Source of the DNA: an uncultured Lachnospiraceae bacterium
Lineage (GTDB): Bacteria > Bacillota > Clostridia > Lachnospirales > Lachnospiraceae
NCBI GenBank assembly: GCA_902798585.1
Contig: CADBXF010000005.1
Location: forward strand, 82,824-146,823
Direction of reading: 5' to 3'
Length of the DNA stretch: 64,000 bases
In this document: positions 46,528 through 56,007 of the stretch, in pieces
How positions within the stretch are numbered: the stretch's first letter is position 1
Layout: every line of letters starts with the position of its first letter
The notes under the pieces: generated by a model
The model's input: only the letters and a program-made list of their open reading frames with translations
Told to the model about the DNA's origin: nothing
Database searches by the model: none
Translations under genes and position numbers: made by a program

Positions 46528-48075
46528 ATGACGGCGGGACTGACTGACGAACAGATCGGACGATTGACAAAAACCCTTTTCCGGTTTTGCCAGTCGAGAA
46601 CCGGCTCATACCACGACGCAGAGGATCTGGCTCAGGACATTTTGCTCGCGGCCTGCAAGGAGGAAAACCGGTTTCCGAACGAGAAGGCATTTTACGCGTT
46701 TGTCTGGAAGACCGCTGACAATGTCCTTCGAAACTGGTACCGCCGCAAGGCCCGGACTGCGACCGAAGAACTGGATGAAAACTATGTCGACCGGCGCTAT
46801 GAGGAGCTCGAGGAGGCCTCCGCGTGGGACGAGCGGCTCCAATCGGTGATTCGCGAGCTCGCACGGCTCTCGTCCGACTATCGCCGCGTTGCGGTGGAGT
46901 ACTATTTTGCGGGCAAATCCGTCCGCGAGATTGCCGCACAATACTCCCTTTCCGAGAGCATGGTCAAATATCTGCTGTTTCAATCGAGAAAGCACATAAA
47001 GGAGGGAATTCATATGGAGAAACAATTGGGAAAACTGAGCTACGCCCCCGTCACGCTGACGACTTTTTTCTGGGGCGAGGCCAATGCGTGCTACGGCGTC
47101 TTTGAAGAGAGCCGCCTTCGCCAGAACATCGTGATGGCCTGCTATTATGACAGGCTGACCGAGGAGCAGCTGAGCCTTCAGCTCGGCGTGCCGACGGCCT
47201 ACCTTGAGGATGAGCTTCGAAAACTCACGGAACTCGATCTTCTCATAAAGAAAGGGCTGAGCTATCAGAGCAATATCGTGATTATCACGGACCGGGAAAA
47301 GAAAGCGCTGAAGGAGGCCTGCGCAGCGGAAGTCACGCGGATTGCCGGCGCCCTCCGCGATTTCTTCGCAGCCGGTGAATCCGCAATCCGGGAGCTTGCG
47401 TTCTACGGGAGCGACATGCCGGCCAATGCACTTCGCTGGCTGGTCACCTCGCACATTTTCCGAAGAGCCTATCTCGACATGTTCCAGGGAAGTCTTACGC
47501 TCGATCTCCCGGTGGACCGTCAGGGAAAAACCTACTTCCGCTTTTTGCTGGAGCAATCCCCCGATGACCCGTATGCAACCGGTGTCTCCGGGCTGGACAC
47601 AAAAGACGGCGTTCTGCTCTTCTGGGATGTCCCGGTCAACGGCATGATTGTCCACCACTTCGTGACTCCGGTGCAGGCCAGCGTGCTGGCCTCCCTGCGG
47701 ACGGGCAACCCTGCGACGGACAGCGAGAAGCTTCTCTGTGCGGAGCTTTTGGAGCTCGGCATCGCGAGAAAGGAAGGCGAGCGGATTCTTCCGAATTTTG
47801 CGTGTCTTACGGCTGCCCAGTTCGGAGCGCTTTCCCGGATGACGGAGCCTCTGTGCCGCGATATCTGTGAGAGTGCAATGCGCCGCATCGGCGACATCGC
47901 GGATATCCTGGCGGAGTACGCGCCGGAGCATCTTGCGGATTACGCAAGGCGCCTCTCCCCGCTTCTCTTTCTCAATGAATCCGGCGACATTGCGCAGCTG
48001 CTCTGCGAGAGCGGCTGGCTTCTGCCGTATCGGGACGGCATTCTGCCGACTACGGTGTTCATTGAAAACAGGTAG
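46528..48075 (+). CDS. sigma-70 family (ECF-like) sigma factor with ~340-aa C-terminal extension
   Basis: Region 2 DAEDLAQDILLAA and region 4 SVREIAAQYSLSESMVKYLLFQSRKHIKE lie within the first ~175 aa. A long non-membrane extension follows. Start at 46528 (GGAAAGGAG RBS). Confidence 0.8.
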   Translation: MTAGLTDEQIGRLTKTLFRFCQSRTGSYHDAEDLAQDILLAACKEENRFPNEKAFYAFVWKTADNVLRNWYRRKARTATEELDENYVDRRYEELEEASAWDERLQSVIRELARLSSDYRRVAVEYYFAGKSVREIAAQYSLSESMVKYLLFQSRKHIKEGIHMEKQLGKLSYAPVTLTTFFWGEANACYGVFEESRLRQNIVMACYYDRLTEEQLSLQLGVPTAYLEDELRKLTELDLLIKKGLSYQSNIVIITDREKKALKEACAAEVTRIAGALRDFFAAGESAIRELAFYGSDMPANALRWLVTSHIFRRAYLDMFQGSLTLDLPVDRQGKTYFRFLLEQSPDDPYATGVSGLDTKDGVLLFWDVPVNGMIVHHFVTPVQASVLASLRTGNPATDSEKLLCAELLELGIARKEGERILPNFACLTAAQFGALSRMTEPLCRDICESAMRRIGDIADILAEYAPEHLADYARRLSPLLFLNESGDIAQLLCESGWLLPYRDGILPTTVFIENR

Positions 48076-48144
48076 CGCTTCGGGCGACGAAAAAAGCAGC
48101 TCGCGGGACGCCCCGCGGGCTGCTTCATTTTTCGGAAAATGTTC

Positions 48145-49551
48145 TCAGACGGCCTGCGCTGAGTCCTCCCGCTGCGCGGACCGCTGTTCGCGTCCGGCGC
48201 TTCGCAGCCCGGATTTGTTAACCACCCAGGAGCGGTAGCGGAGCACGCACGAGATGCCGGCCAACATCCAGGTGAGTCCGGCGGTAAGCCAGATTACCCA
48301 GACGCCGATGTCGGTATACCCCAGAAGAATAATCGGGAGACAGATGCGGCCCAACATCTCCACAATACCGTTTACGAACGAGAAGAAGGCATCCCCGACG
48401 CCGTTCAGAGTTCCCCTTGTCACATAAATCAGTCCGAGGAACAGATAGAAGAAGCTCGTGATGCGCAGCGCCTTCCCTCCCATCTCGATTACCTCCGACT
48501 CGGAGACGAACATCGAAATCAGGTTGTTGCCGAACAGCTGCATAATCACAAACATCAGCACGGAAAATGCTCCGACCGCCGCGATACTCTGCCGCAGGCC
48601 CTCGCGGATTCGTTCGGGCTTCCCTGCGCCGATGTTCTGCCCGGAATAGTTGGAGAGCGCCATGGACATCGAGCCGTACGGCTGCTGCACAAGCTGCTCC
48701 AGGCGGTTTGTCGCCGTGTATGCCGCAACGGCAACGGTTCCGAAGGTATTAACCACGCGCTGCAAAGCCGTTGTCGAAATCGCAATCATGCTCCACTGCA
48801 GCGCAAGCGGAATGCCCAGGCGGACCGCCCGCTTAGCAATCACCGGGTCAAACGCAAGGTGCTCCCGGTCGACGCGGAAATACTCGTTGGTTCTCACCGC
48901 ATAGAGAAGCGAGCCGAGCCCTGCAAGGAGCTGCGAGAGCATCGTCGCAAGCGCCGCGCCGAACACACCCAGCCCGAACACTCCGACAAACAAAAGGTCC
49001 ATGCCTACATTCAGAAGGCTTGAAACAATTAAAAAACAGAGCGGGGTTCGCGAATCCCCGAGCGCACGCTGCATCGACGCAGCGTAGTTATACACCGCAA
49101 CAAGCGGAACCGACGCGCAGGTCATGCGCATGTATGTTACGGATTGCGGAAGAATCTCCGACGGTGTCCCCATAAAGCTGAGCACCTTCGGCACCAGGCA
49201 AAATGCGAGGGTCCCCATAAAAATCGACGCGGCGGCCATGATGTATGCCGAATTCACGATTGCTCTTTTGACATCGTCCTTCCTCCCCGCGCCGAAGAGC
49301 TGCGCGGTCACGATTCCGCCGCCGCTGCTGATTCCGTTGCTCACCGAGAAGAAGAGAAACGACACCGAGCCGGTCGCGCCGACGGCCGCAAGCGAATCCT
49401 TCCCGAGCAGCTTTCCGACAATGATGGTGTCCGCCAGATTATACGCCTGCTGGAAGAGATTTCCGAGCAACAGCGGCAGCGCAAACAAAGCAAGCAGCAC
49501 AAGCGGCTTGCCCTCCGTCATGTTTTTTGTCCGCGAAACGCTCATTGTCAT
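48145..49551 (-). CDS. MATE family efflux transporter
   Basis: KNMTEGKPLVLLALFALPLLLGNLFQQAYNLADTIIVGKLLG and 12 predicted TM segments. The start is approximate (49551 or 49545). Confidence 0.9.
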   Translation of the reverse strand: MTMSVSRTKNMTEGKPLVLLALFALPLLLGNLFQQAYNLADTIIVGKLLGKDSLAAVGATGSVSFLFFSVSNGISSGGGIVTAQLFGAGRKDDVKRAIVNSAYIMAAASIFMGTLAFCLVPKVLSFMGTPSEILPQSVTYMRMTCASVPLVAVYNYAASMQRALGDSRTPLCFLIVSSLLNVGMDLLFVGVFGLGVFGAALATMLSQLLAGLGSLLYAVRTNEYFRVDREHLAFDPVIAKRAVRLGIPLALQWSMIAISTTALQRVVNTFGTVAVAAYTATNRLEQLVQQPYGSMSMALSNYSGQNIGAGKPERIREGLRQSIAAVGAFSVLMFVIMQLFGNNLISMFVSESEVIEMGGKALRITSFFYLFLGLIYVTRGTLNGVGDAFFSFVNGIVEMLGRICLPIILLGYTDIGVWVIWLTAGLTWMLAGISCVLRYRSWVVNKSGLRSAGREQRSAQREDSAQAV

Positions 49552-49654
49552 CGTTCCTTTCCTTACAGCTCCGCACCCTCCCGGGGCTTTTCGTTCATTT
49601 TCCGTCATACGCCTGAAATCGCGCTCATTATAAGCGCCGCATTTTTCGAAATCA

Positions 49655-49687
49655 ACACAAAAACGCCCCTTCCGAAGAAGAGGCGTT
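49655..49687 (-). terminator. rho-independent terminator of the GntR/ABC-2 operon
   Basis: AACGCCCCTTC-CGAA-GAAGAGGCGTT, followed on the minus strand by TTTTTGTGT. Confidence 0.75.
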
Positions 49688-49770
49688 GAAAGTACATCAA
49701 AGCATGCTCAAAACCATCCTTTTCCGCGTTCCGCCGGCATACCCGATGCGGCGAGCCGGCCCGCGCGAGC

Positions 49771-50442
49771 TTAAAAATCCCGATTTTTCATCGCATGAAC
49801 AGCCGCAACTGCGGACAGGCCCCACAGGGCAAGCGCAATCCCGGTTCCGCCCAGCATAAGCGCCGACGGAGGCGCTTTTTTATTGATTTTATAGATAAAA
49901 TCGAGGATTTTCGCTACCGCCGTGTTAGCGCTGAACACTGCCGTGACAGCCGCAAGACCCAGTATCGTAATTCCGAAAACCACGCCGAGAAGCACCATGC
50001 GAAACCGCTCCGCGTCAAACCTGAGTGAAGCCGCAAACAGCCACCCCAGGAATATCAGTACAAGCAAAACCATCCACAGACCCGAGAAGAAAAATTCTCC
50101 GGTCTCCGGAGCAGGCCTTCCGCTCACCATGAGAATAACTGCCATTACCACCTTAGACAGCGCCCAGGCGGCAGCCTGCGCCAGGAGGAAAAACAGATTT
50201 TTCTCGAGAACGAAGGTTTTTGCATCAAACGGCAGCGTCATGGAAAAGGCGTATCCGCTGCGAATTTCATCGCCTACCACCGACGCCGCGATGACCGCCG
50301 CCATGACCGGCGAATAGTCTCTGAGCATGGACTGCTCCGTACCGATAATCCCTGCAACCGCGTCAAATGCGAGATACAGGGCCAGCATCGGCAGCAAGAC
50401 CCGCTTGCATATCTTCCAATCCTTAACCAACAACCCTCTCAT
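49771..50442 (-). CDS. ABC-2 type transporter permease
   Basis: 223 aa, six hydrophobic segments, ATGA-type overlap with the upstream ATPase gene. Confidence 0.8.
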   Translation of the reverse strand: MRGLLVKDWKICKRVLLPMLALYLAFDAVAGIIGTEQSMLRDYSPVMAAVIAASVVGDEIRSGYAFSMTLPFDAKTFVLEKNLFFLLAQAAAWALSKVVMAVILMVSGRPAPETGEFFFSGLWMVLLVLIFLGWLFAASLRFDAERFRMVLLGVVFGITILGLAAVTAVFSANTAVAKILDFIYKINKKAPPSALMLGGTGIALALWGLSAVAAVHAMKNRDF

Positions 50443-51287
50443 CGCTGACCTCCCAACAATATAAGAATCACGCTGTCTATGCCTGCATTTTCCACGGCAA
50501 TCCCCGGAAAATTCTCCCGGAAGTACTGCTTCTCCTTTGTAAGGCAGACATACCCGAAGGCTTCCTTTTTCACCGCCGTAAGATACGCCCGATCGAGTTT
50601 TGCGAACTCCTCCTCGCTCACCTTCAGCACGCCGTATCGATCGAGAATGGTATCGGTTTCCTCGTGCAATACTATCGCTCCGTTATCGATCAGATAGACA
50701 TCGTCGCAGAAGCCCTCGAGGTCCGTCGAAATGTGGGAGCTGATGAGAACCGAGCGCTCCGCATCCTTCTCCAGATACTCCCGAATCCAGTCCATTACCT
50801 CGCGTCTCGCAACGACATCCAGTCCCGCCGTCGGCTCATCGAGCACCAGAAGTTCAGCCCCGTGCGTCAATGCGACTGCCACGCGGAGTTTCGCCTTCGT
50901 ACCTGTGGAAAGAGACTTGATCTGCTGCTTCATCGAGATGCCCTGCGAGCGGCATTTTTCGCGAAAATCACTCTCGTCGAACTTCGGATACATCGCCCTG
51001 AGAATGCATGCGACATCCTCCGGCGTGAGCTCTTCGCTGAATCCGTTGTTCGGAAGAACGACGCCGATTTTCTCCTTGTCCGCCGCACCGAACTCCCGGG
51101 GATTCCGCGAAAAGACCTTCACCTCCCCCGCATCCGGCTTAATCAGCCCGAGAATCGCCTTGATTGTCGTGCTCTTGCCGGCTCCGTTCCGCCCGATCAG
51201 ACCGGTCACGGTTCCCGGCGGAATCTGCATTGAGACATCCAACGAAAAATCTTTGTATTTTTTCTGTAACCCCTGTATTGAAATCAT
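50439..51287 (-). CDS. ABC transporter ATP-binding protein
   Basis: MISIQGLQKKY..., Walker A GRNGAGKST, signature LSTGTKAK, Walker B LVLDEPTAG. Start at 51287 (AAGGAGAAAA RBS). Confidence 0.9.
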   Translation of the reverse strand: MISIQGLQKKYKDFSLDVSMQIPPGTVTGLIGRNGAGKSTTIKAILGLIKPDAGEVKVFSRNPREFGAADKEKIGVVLPNNGFSEELTPEDVACILRAMYPKFDESDFREKCRSQGISMKQQIKSLSTGTKAKLRVAVALTHGAELLVLDEPTAGLDVVARREVMDWIREYLEKDAERSVLISSHISTDLEGFCDDVYLIDNGAIVLHEETDTILDRYGVLKVSEEEFAKLDRAYLTAVKKEAFGYVCLTKEKQYFRENFPGIAVENAGIDSVILILLGGQR

Positions 51288-51356
51288 GTATTTTCTCCTT
51301 GCTTTCCTGTGTTTTCCCGGCTGTCCGCCTTCCCGGAGCTTTCTTTCGCCGCACAC

Positions 51357-51734
51357 CTACGGCGATTCCGACAGAAAAATCTCCACAATCTCGCGAATCT
51401 CCCCGTCCTCGAGGCCCAGAAGCTTCGCCCTTTGTACGGCAACCGAAAAATCCTCCTCCACCGCGCGGCGTCTCGCCTCAACCGCCAGCTGACGGTTCGT
51501 CGCGGTGACAAAGGTTCCTTTGCCGTGCACCGTGTTTACAAAGCCCTCTTCCTCCAGCCTGTCGTACGCCTTCTTCACTGTAAGCGCACTGATTCGCAAT
51601 TCCGCGGACAGATGCCTGACCGAAGGAAGCATCGCTCCCTCCGTCAGTTCTCCGTCCAGAATCTCCTGCTTTATCTGCCCCACAAGCTGCTCGTATACCG
51701 GAATCATCGAGGAATTATTTATAATAATGTTCAT
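51357..51734 (-). CDS. GntR family transcriptional regulator (YtrA subfamily)
   Basis: About 125 aa. IPVYEQLVGQIKQEILDGEL...LPSVRHLSAELRISALTVKKAYDRLEEEGFV with a short C-terminus. Start at 51734 (GGGAGGAG RBS). Confidence 0.88.
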   Translation of the reverse strand: MNIIINNSSMIPVYEQLVGQIKQEILDGELTEGAMLPSVRHLSAELRISALTVKKAYDRLEEEGFVNTVHGKGTFVTATNRQLAVEARRRAVEEDFSVAVQRAKLLGLEDGEIREIVEIFLSESP

Positions 51735-51783
51735 GTCGACTCCTCCCTGCCGTGCCGGCAGGACCGATTTCCTGCCTTCGACA

Positions 51784-51820
51784 AACAGTATATAACAGTC
51801 GGAAACTGTTGTCAACTGTT
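51784..51820. promoter_or_regulatory. nested inverted repeats, candidate YtrA-type operator
   Basis: AACAGT(51784)-atat-AACAGT(51794)-cggaa-ACTGTT(51805)-gtca-ACTGTT(51815), 50-85 nt upstream of the GntR start. Confidence 0.5.
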
Positions 51821-51973
51821 TTATGGTGTTTATTGTAAAAAATCTGACGACATTTTCCGCGTCGCCGCAAGAAAACAATTTCAGACATTCGATTGCGAAT
51901 AATGCCCATTGTTACCCGGTCGACATTTTGCTACGCTATGGGTGCACAGTGAATCATTCGGAGGCATTCGCTT

Positions 51974-53767
51974 ATGGAAAACAAGAAAAAATACCCGAAG
52001 TCACGACTCGGCTGGCTGTGGGAGAACATGGAGGGGCAGCACGCGCTTTTCATCGTCGCGCTGTTCGGAACCGCCCTGTACAATATTCTGCAGCTTGTCG
52101 TTCCGCATTTTTCGAGAAAGCTGATCGGGCTCTTCGAGGACGCGCATAAAAACAATCTGCCGCTTGCCGACAAAGAGGACACCATCTACACTCTGATTGC
52201 GCTGATGGTCGGTCTTACGCTGTTCCGCGTCATCATCGTTTATCTGGACTGCATGGCGTACGAGCGGGTTTCGCAGGGAACTCTGTTCCGGATTCGCAAC
52301 TTCCTCTACAATAAAATTCAGCGCCAGGACATGAAATTTTACAGCACCTACCGAACCGGCGACCTGATGACCCGCGTGACCGGTGACCTCGATGCCGTGC
52401 GTCACAATATCGCCTGGGTCATCCGGTGCATCGTGGAATCGGTGACGCTGTTTTTGTCGGCCACGGTGTACTTCTTCACGATTGACGTGGTTCTCGCACT
52501 GTGCATCGTATCCATCGCGCCGCTCATTTTCTTCATCGTGTTCCGCTTCCGAAGGAATGTCGCGCCGATGCATAAGGCGCTCCGCGAGAAGCTTGCAGGC
52601 ATGAACACCGACGCCCAGGAGAACATCTCGGGAAACCGCGTGGTTAAGGCTTTTGCGCGCGAGGAATATGAGAAAGACAAATTCAATCGCTCCAACGAGG
52701 ATTACCGCGACACCAACATCAAAACGCAGATGGTCTGGCTTCGCTTCTTCCCCTTCGTCGAGTTGATTGCCAACGCGCTTCCGGTCATCCTGCTTTTGGT
52801 GGGCGGCGTGTTCATCATCAACGGCCGCATCAACTTCGGCGATTACACCGCATTTTCCCTTTTGATCTGGGCGATTGCCAACCCGATGCGCATGATGGGC
52901 AACATCATGAACGAATTCCAGCGCTTCAGCGCGGCGTCCGACAAGATCATGGAAATCTACTACTCCGAGGCGGAGATTGTGGATCACCCCGACGCCGTTG
53001 CGCATCCGGATCGCTTTGAAGGCAAAGTCGAATTCGAGCATGTCAGTTTTCAATATGAGGACGGCAAATTGCCTGTTCTTAAGGATATCACCTTCACCGC
53101 GGAGCCCGGCGAGACCGTCGCCATCATCGGCGAGACCGGTTGCGGCAAGACTTCGCTCATTCAGATGATTCCGAGATTTTACGAACCGAACTCCGGCACG
53201 GTCCGCGTGGACGGCGTTCCGGTGGAAAATTACAGGCTGACCGATCTTCGCAAAAACATCGGTCTTGCAACGCAGGATGTTCTGCTGTACTCCGATACAA
53301 TCGAGGGCAACATCTCCTACGGGGCCATGGCTCTTACCGCGGAGGAAGTCGAGAAATACGCCAAATACTCGGCGGCGTCCGACTTTATTCACCACATGCC
53401 GGAGGGCTACGACACTATCGTCGGCGAGCGCGGCGTCGGTCTCTCGGGCGGTCAGAAGCAGCGTATCTCCCTCGCGAGAGCGCTGGCAATCCGGCCTTCC
53501 ATCCTGATTCTCGACGACACCACCTCTGCGGTCGATATGGAGACGGAGAAGCAGATTCAGCACAGCCTGCGGAATCTTGATTTTCCGTGCACGAAGATTA
53601 TCATCGCACAGCGTATCTCGACCACGAAATTCTGCGACAAGATTCTCGTCCTGAAGGACGGCGAGATTATCGAGTCCGGAAACCACAGAGAGCTTGTCGC
53701 CGCAGGCGGCTACTATGCGGAGCTTGTTAAGCTGCAGCTCGGCGAGTCGCTTGTGAGCGCATCGTGA
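51974..53767 (+). CDS. ABC transporter ATP-binding/permease protein
   Basis: 597 aa. GETGCGKTS, LSGGQKQR, LILDDTTS. Confidence 0.92.
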   Translation: MENKKKYPKSRLGWLWENMEGQHALFIVALFGTALYNILQLVVPHFSRKLIGLFEDAHKNNLPLADKEDTIYTLIALMVGLTLFRVIIVYLDCMAYERVSQGTLFRIRNFLYNKIQRQDMKFYSTYRTGDLMTRVTGDLDAVRHNIAWVIRCIVESVTLFLSATVYFFTIDVVLALCIVSIAPLIFFIVFRFRRNVAPMHKALREKLAGMNTDAQENISGNRVVKAFAREEYEKDKFNRSNEDYRDTNIKTQMVWLRFFPFVELIANALPVILLLVGGVFIINGRINFGDYTAFSLLIWAIANPMRMMGNIMNEFQRFSAASDKIMEIYYSEAEIVDHPDAVAHPDRFEGKVEFEHVSFQYEDGKLPVLKDITFTAEPGETVAIIGETGCGKTSLIQMIPRFYEPNSGTVRVDGVPVENYRLTDLRKNIGLATQDVLLYSDTIEGNISYGAMALTAEEVEKYAKYSAASDFIHHMPEGYDTIVGERGVGLSGGQKQRISLARALAIRPSILILDDTTSAVDMETEKQIQHSLRNLDFPCTKIIIAQRISTTKFCDKILVLKDGEIIESGNHRELVAAGGYYAELVKLQLGESLVSAS

Positions 53768-53782
53768 GGGAGGTGACGGACA

Positions 53783-55564
53783 ATGGCTGAAAAAAACACT
53801 TACAAACAGGATGAACGCCTTGACGAGCCGTTTAATATCCGACATCTCCTGCTCGCCTCAGCATACATCAAAAAATACCTTCCGAAGATGGTCCTGGCGC
53901 TTATCATAAGCGCCCTCGGCGCCGCTGCCGGCTTGTTAGCGCCGATTTTCACGCAGAAGGCAATTGACAGCGCCATTCCGAATGCGGACAAGCCGTATCT
54001 GTTCCTTTTGGGCGGACTGCTCGTCCTCGTCTTCGCCGTGAGCGTCATTCTCGGACTGCTTCGGTCGCGCCTGATGATTCGCGTTTCGCAGAGCATCATC
54101 TACGACATCCGGAAGGATTTGTTCGCGCATCTGCAGAAGCTTCCGTTCCAGTACTATGACGACCGGCCGCACGGCAAGATTCTGATTCGCGTTGTAAACT
54201 ATGTAAACTCCGTTTCGGATATGCTCTCGAACGGTCTCATCAATGTCATCCTCGAGATGATTAACCTTGTATTGATTGTCATCTTCATGTTGATTGTGGA
54301 TGTACAGATGACACTTGTGGTTATGTGCGGCGTTCCGTTCCTCGCAGCGTTTCTGTTCTGGATCAAGAACCGCCAGCGCCGGGCATGGCAGAGAGTTTCC
54401 AACAAGAACTCGAACCTCAACGCCTATCTTCAGGAGAACATTGTCGGCGCACGCATCACACAGATTTTCGCCCGCGAGGACGAGAATGCGAAGATTTTTT
54501 CCGGTCTTGCCGACGACTGTCGCCATACCTGGATGCAGGCCGTCCGCTGCAACAACCTCGTATGGCCGGGCATCGACGCAATCTCGGTATGCATTCGTGC
54601 CGCAATCTTCATCTCCGGCATGATTCTCTTCGGCCAGGGCGAGAAGACCATCGGTACTATCCTCGCGATCTCGAGTTACTCCTCGCGATTCTGGCAGCCG
54701 ATTATGAACATGGGCAACATCTTCAATAATTTCCTGAACAACATGGCGTATCTCGAGCGCATCTTTGAAACGCTCGGCGAGCCGGTTACCGTGGACGATG
54801 TTGAAAACGCCGAAACGATGCCTCCGATCAAGGGTGCGGTATCATTCCGCGATGTCTGCTTCTCCTACGAACCCGGCAAGGAGATTCTCCACAAGGTTTC
54901 CTTCGATGTCAAACCCGGAATGAGTGTTGCGCTTGTCGGTCCGACCGGCGCAGGCAAGAGCACCATCGTCAACCTCATCTCCCGCTTCTACAATGTGGAT
55001 TCCGGGCAGGTCTTGATTGACGGTCAGGACATCTCCCAGGTGACACTGTCCTCCCTTCGAAGCCAGATGGGCATCATGATGCAGGACAGCTTCATCTTCT
55101 CCGGCACCATCAGGGACAACATCCTCTACGGAAAGCTTGACGCCACCGACGAAGAGATTGCCAAGGCCTCGAAGCTTGTCTGTGCGGATTCCTTTATTCA
55201 GGGCATGTCCGACGGTTACAACACCGAGGTTAAGGAGCGCGGTTCGCTCTTAAGCCAGGGACAGAAGCAGCTCATCTCCTTCGCCCGCACCGTACTCTCC
55301 GACCCCGCAATCCTCATCCTCGATGAGGCGACCTCGAGCATCGATGTGCAGACCGAGAAAGCCCTCCAGCAGGGGTTAAACTCCATGCTCAAGGGCCGCA
55401 CCTCCTTCATCATCGCCCACCGCCTCTCGACAATCCGCGGATGCGACCTGATCATGTACATCAACGACGGCGGCATCACCGAGGCCGGCACCCACGACGA
55501 ACTGATGGCGAAGAAGGGCGACTACTACCACCTGTACACCTCGCAGTTGGAAGATATTGCGTAG
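53783..55564 (+). CDS. ABC transporter ATP-binding/permease protein (heterodimer partner)
   Basis: 593 aa. GPTGAGKST, LSQGQKQ, LILDEATS. Confidence 0.92.
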   Translation: MAEKNTYKQDERLDEPFNIRHLLLASAYIKKYLPKMVLALIISALGAAAGLLAPIFTQKAIDSAIPNADKPYLFLLGGLLVLVFAVSVILGLLRSRLMIRVSQSIIYDIRKDLFAHLQKLPFQYYDDRPHGKILIRVVNYVNSVSDMLSNGLINVILEMINLVLIVIFMLIVDVQMTLVVMCGVPFLAAFLFWIKNRQRRAWQRVSNKNSNLNAYLQENIVGARITQIFAREDENAKIFSGLADDCRHTWMQAVRCNNLVWPGIDAISVCIRAAIFISGMILFGQGEKTIGTILAISSYSSRFWQPIMNMGNIFNNFLNNMAYLERIFETLGEPVTVDDVENAETMPPIKGAVSFRDVCFSYEPGKEILHKVSFDVKPGMSVALVGPTGAGKSTIVNLISRFYNVDSGQVLIDGQDISQVTLSSLRSQMGIMMQDSFIFSGTIRDNILYGKLDATDEEIAKASKLVCADSFIQGMSDGYNTEVKERGSLLSQGQKQLISFARTVLSDPAILILDEATSSIDVQTEKALQQGLNSMLKGRTSFIIAHRLSTIRGCDLIMYINDGGITEAGTHDELMAKKGDYYHLYTSQLEDIA

Positions 55565-55644
55565 AAACGGCGAGCGCCGTAATCGGCGGCAGTGAGTGAC
55601 CGTCAGGGCAAGTCGGTGTCAGTGAGTGATTGTAGTTTTTTAGT

Positions 55645-55860
55645 ATAAGTCAGGGTTAGTTGGGTTGGCTGCTTTAGTTGCTTTAGTTGTTTTGCTTTTG
55701 GTTAGTCGGGTTGGCTTGGCCGGGTTAGTTGCTTTGGCTGCTTTAGTTGGTTTAGCTGTTTTGGGTCAGTCGGGTTGGCTTGACCGGGTTTAGCCGGGTT
55801 AGTTGCTTTGGGGTACTTTAGGTTGCTTTTGGTTGCTTTTGGTTTTGGTGCTGGTGTTGA
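55645..55860 (+). repeat. G+T-skewed degenerate repeat tract (non-coding)
   Basis: Words GGGTTGGCTTG, CCGGGTTAGTTGCTTTGG, GCTTTAGTTG and GGTTGCTTTTGG recur. Two units of about 75 bp begin near 55704 and 55767. Very few A or C on the plus strand. Stops occur in all frames. Confidence 0.8.
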
Positions 55861-55866
55861 TTATTT

Positions 55867-55896
55867 ACTCCCCGCAGGCAGACGCCTGCGGGGAGT
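55867..55896 (+). terminator. strong hairpin, probable terminator of the plus-strand ABC operon
   Basis: ACTCCCCGCAGGC-AGAC-GCCTGCGGGGAGT followed by TGTTTGT (interrupted T-tract), about 300 nt after the stop at 55564. Confidence 0.6.
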
Positions 55897-56007
55897 TGTT
55901 TGTCAGAGGGATGTGGGTGTTTTCTTGTGATTGGTCGGTGCTGTAGCTGCGTTTTTGCGGGATGATGACCGGTGAATCGGCTTGCCAAACGGAAATTTCA
56001 AAAAAAT

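Noticed and set aside
55645-55860. Telomere-like or minisatellite reading of GGGTTAG/GGTTGG words
   Set aside because: The units are degenerate and irregular, this is an internal chromosomal locus between two convergent operons, and there are no terminal-protein or linear-replicon genes. It is kept only as a GU-rich repeat finding.
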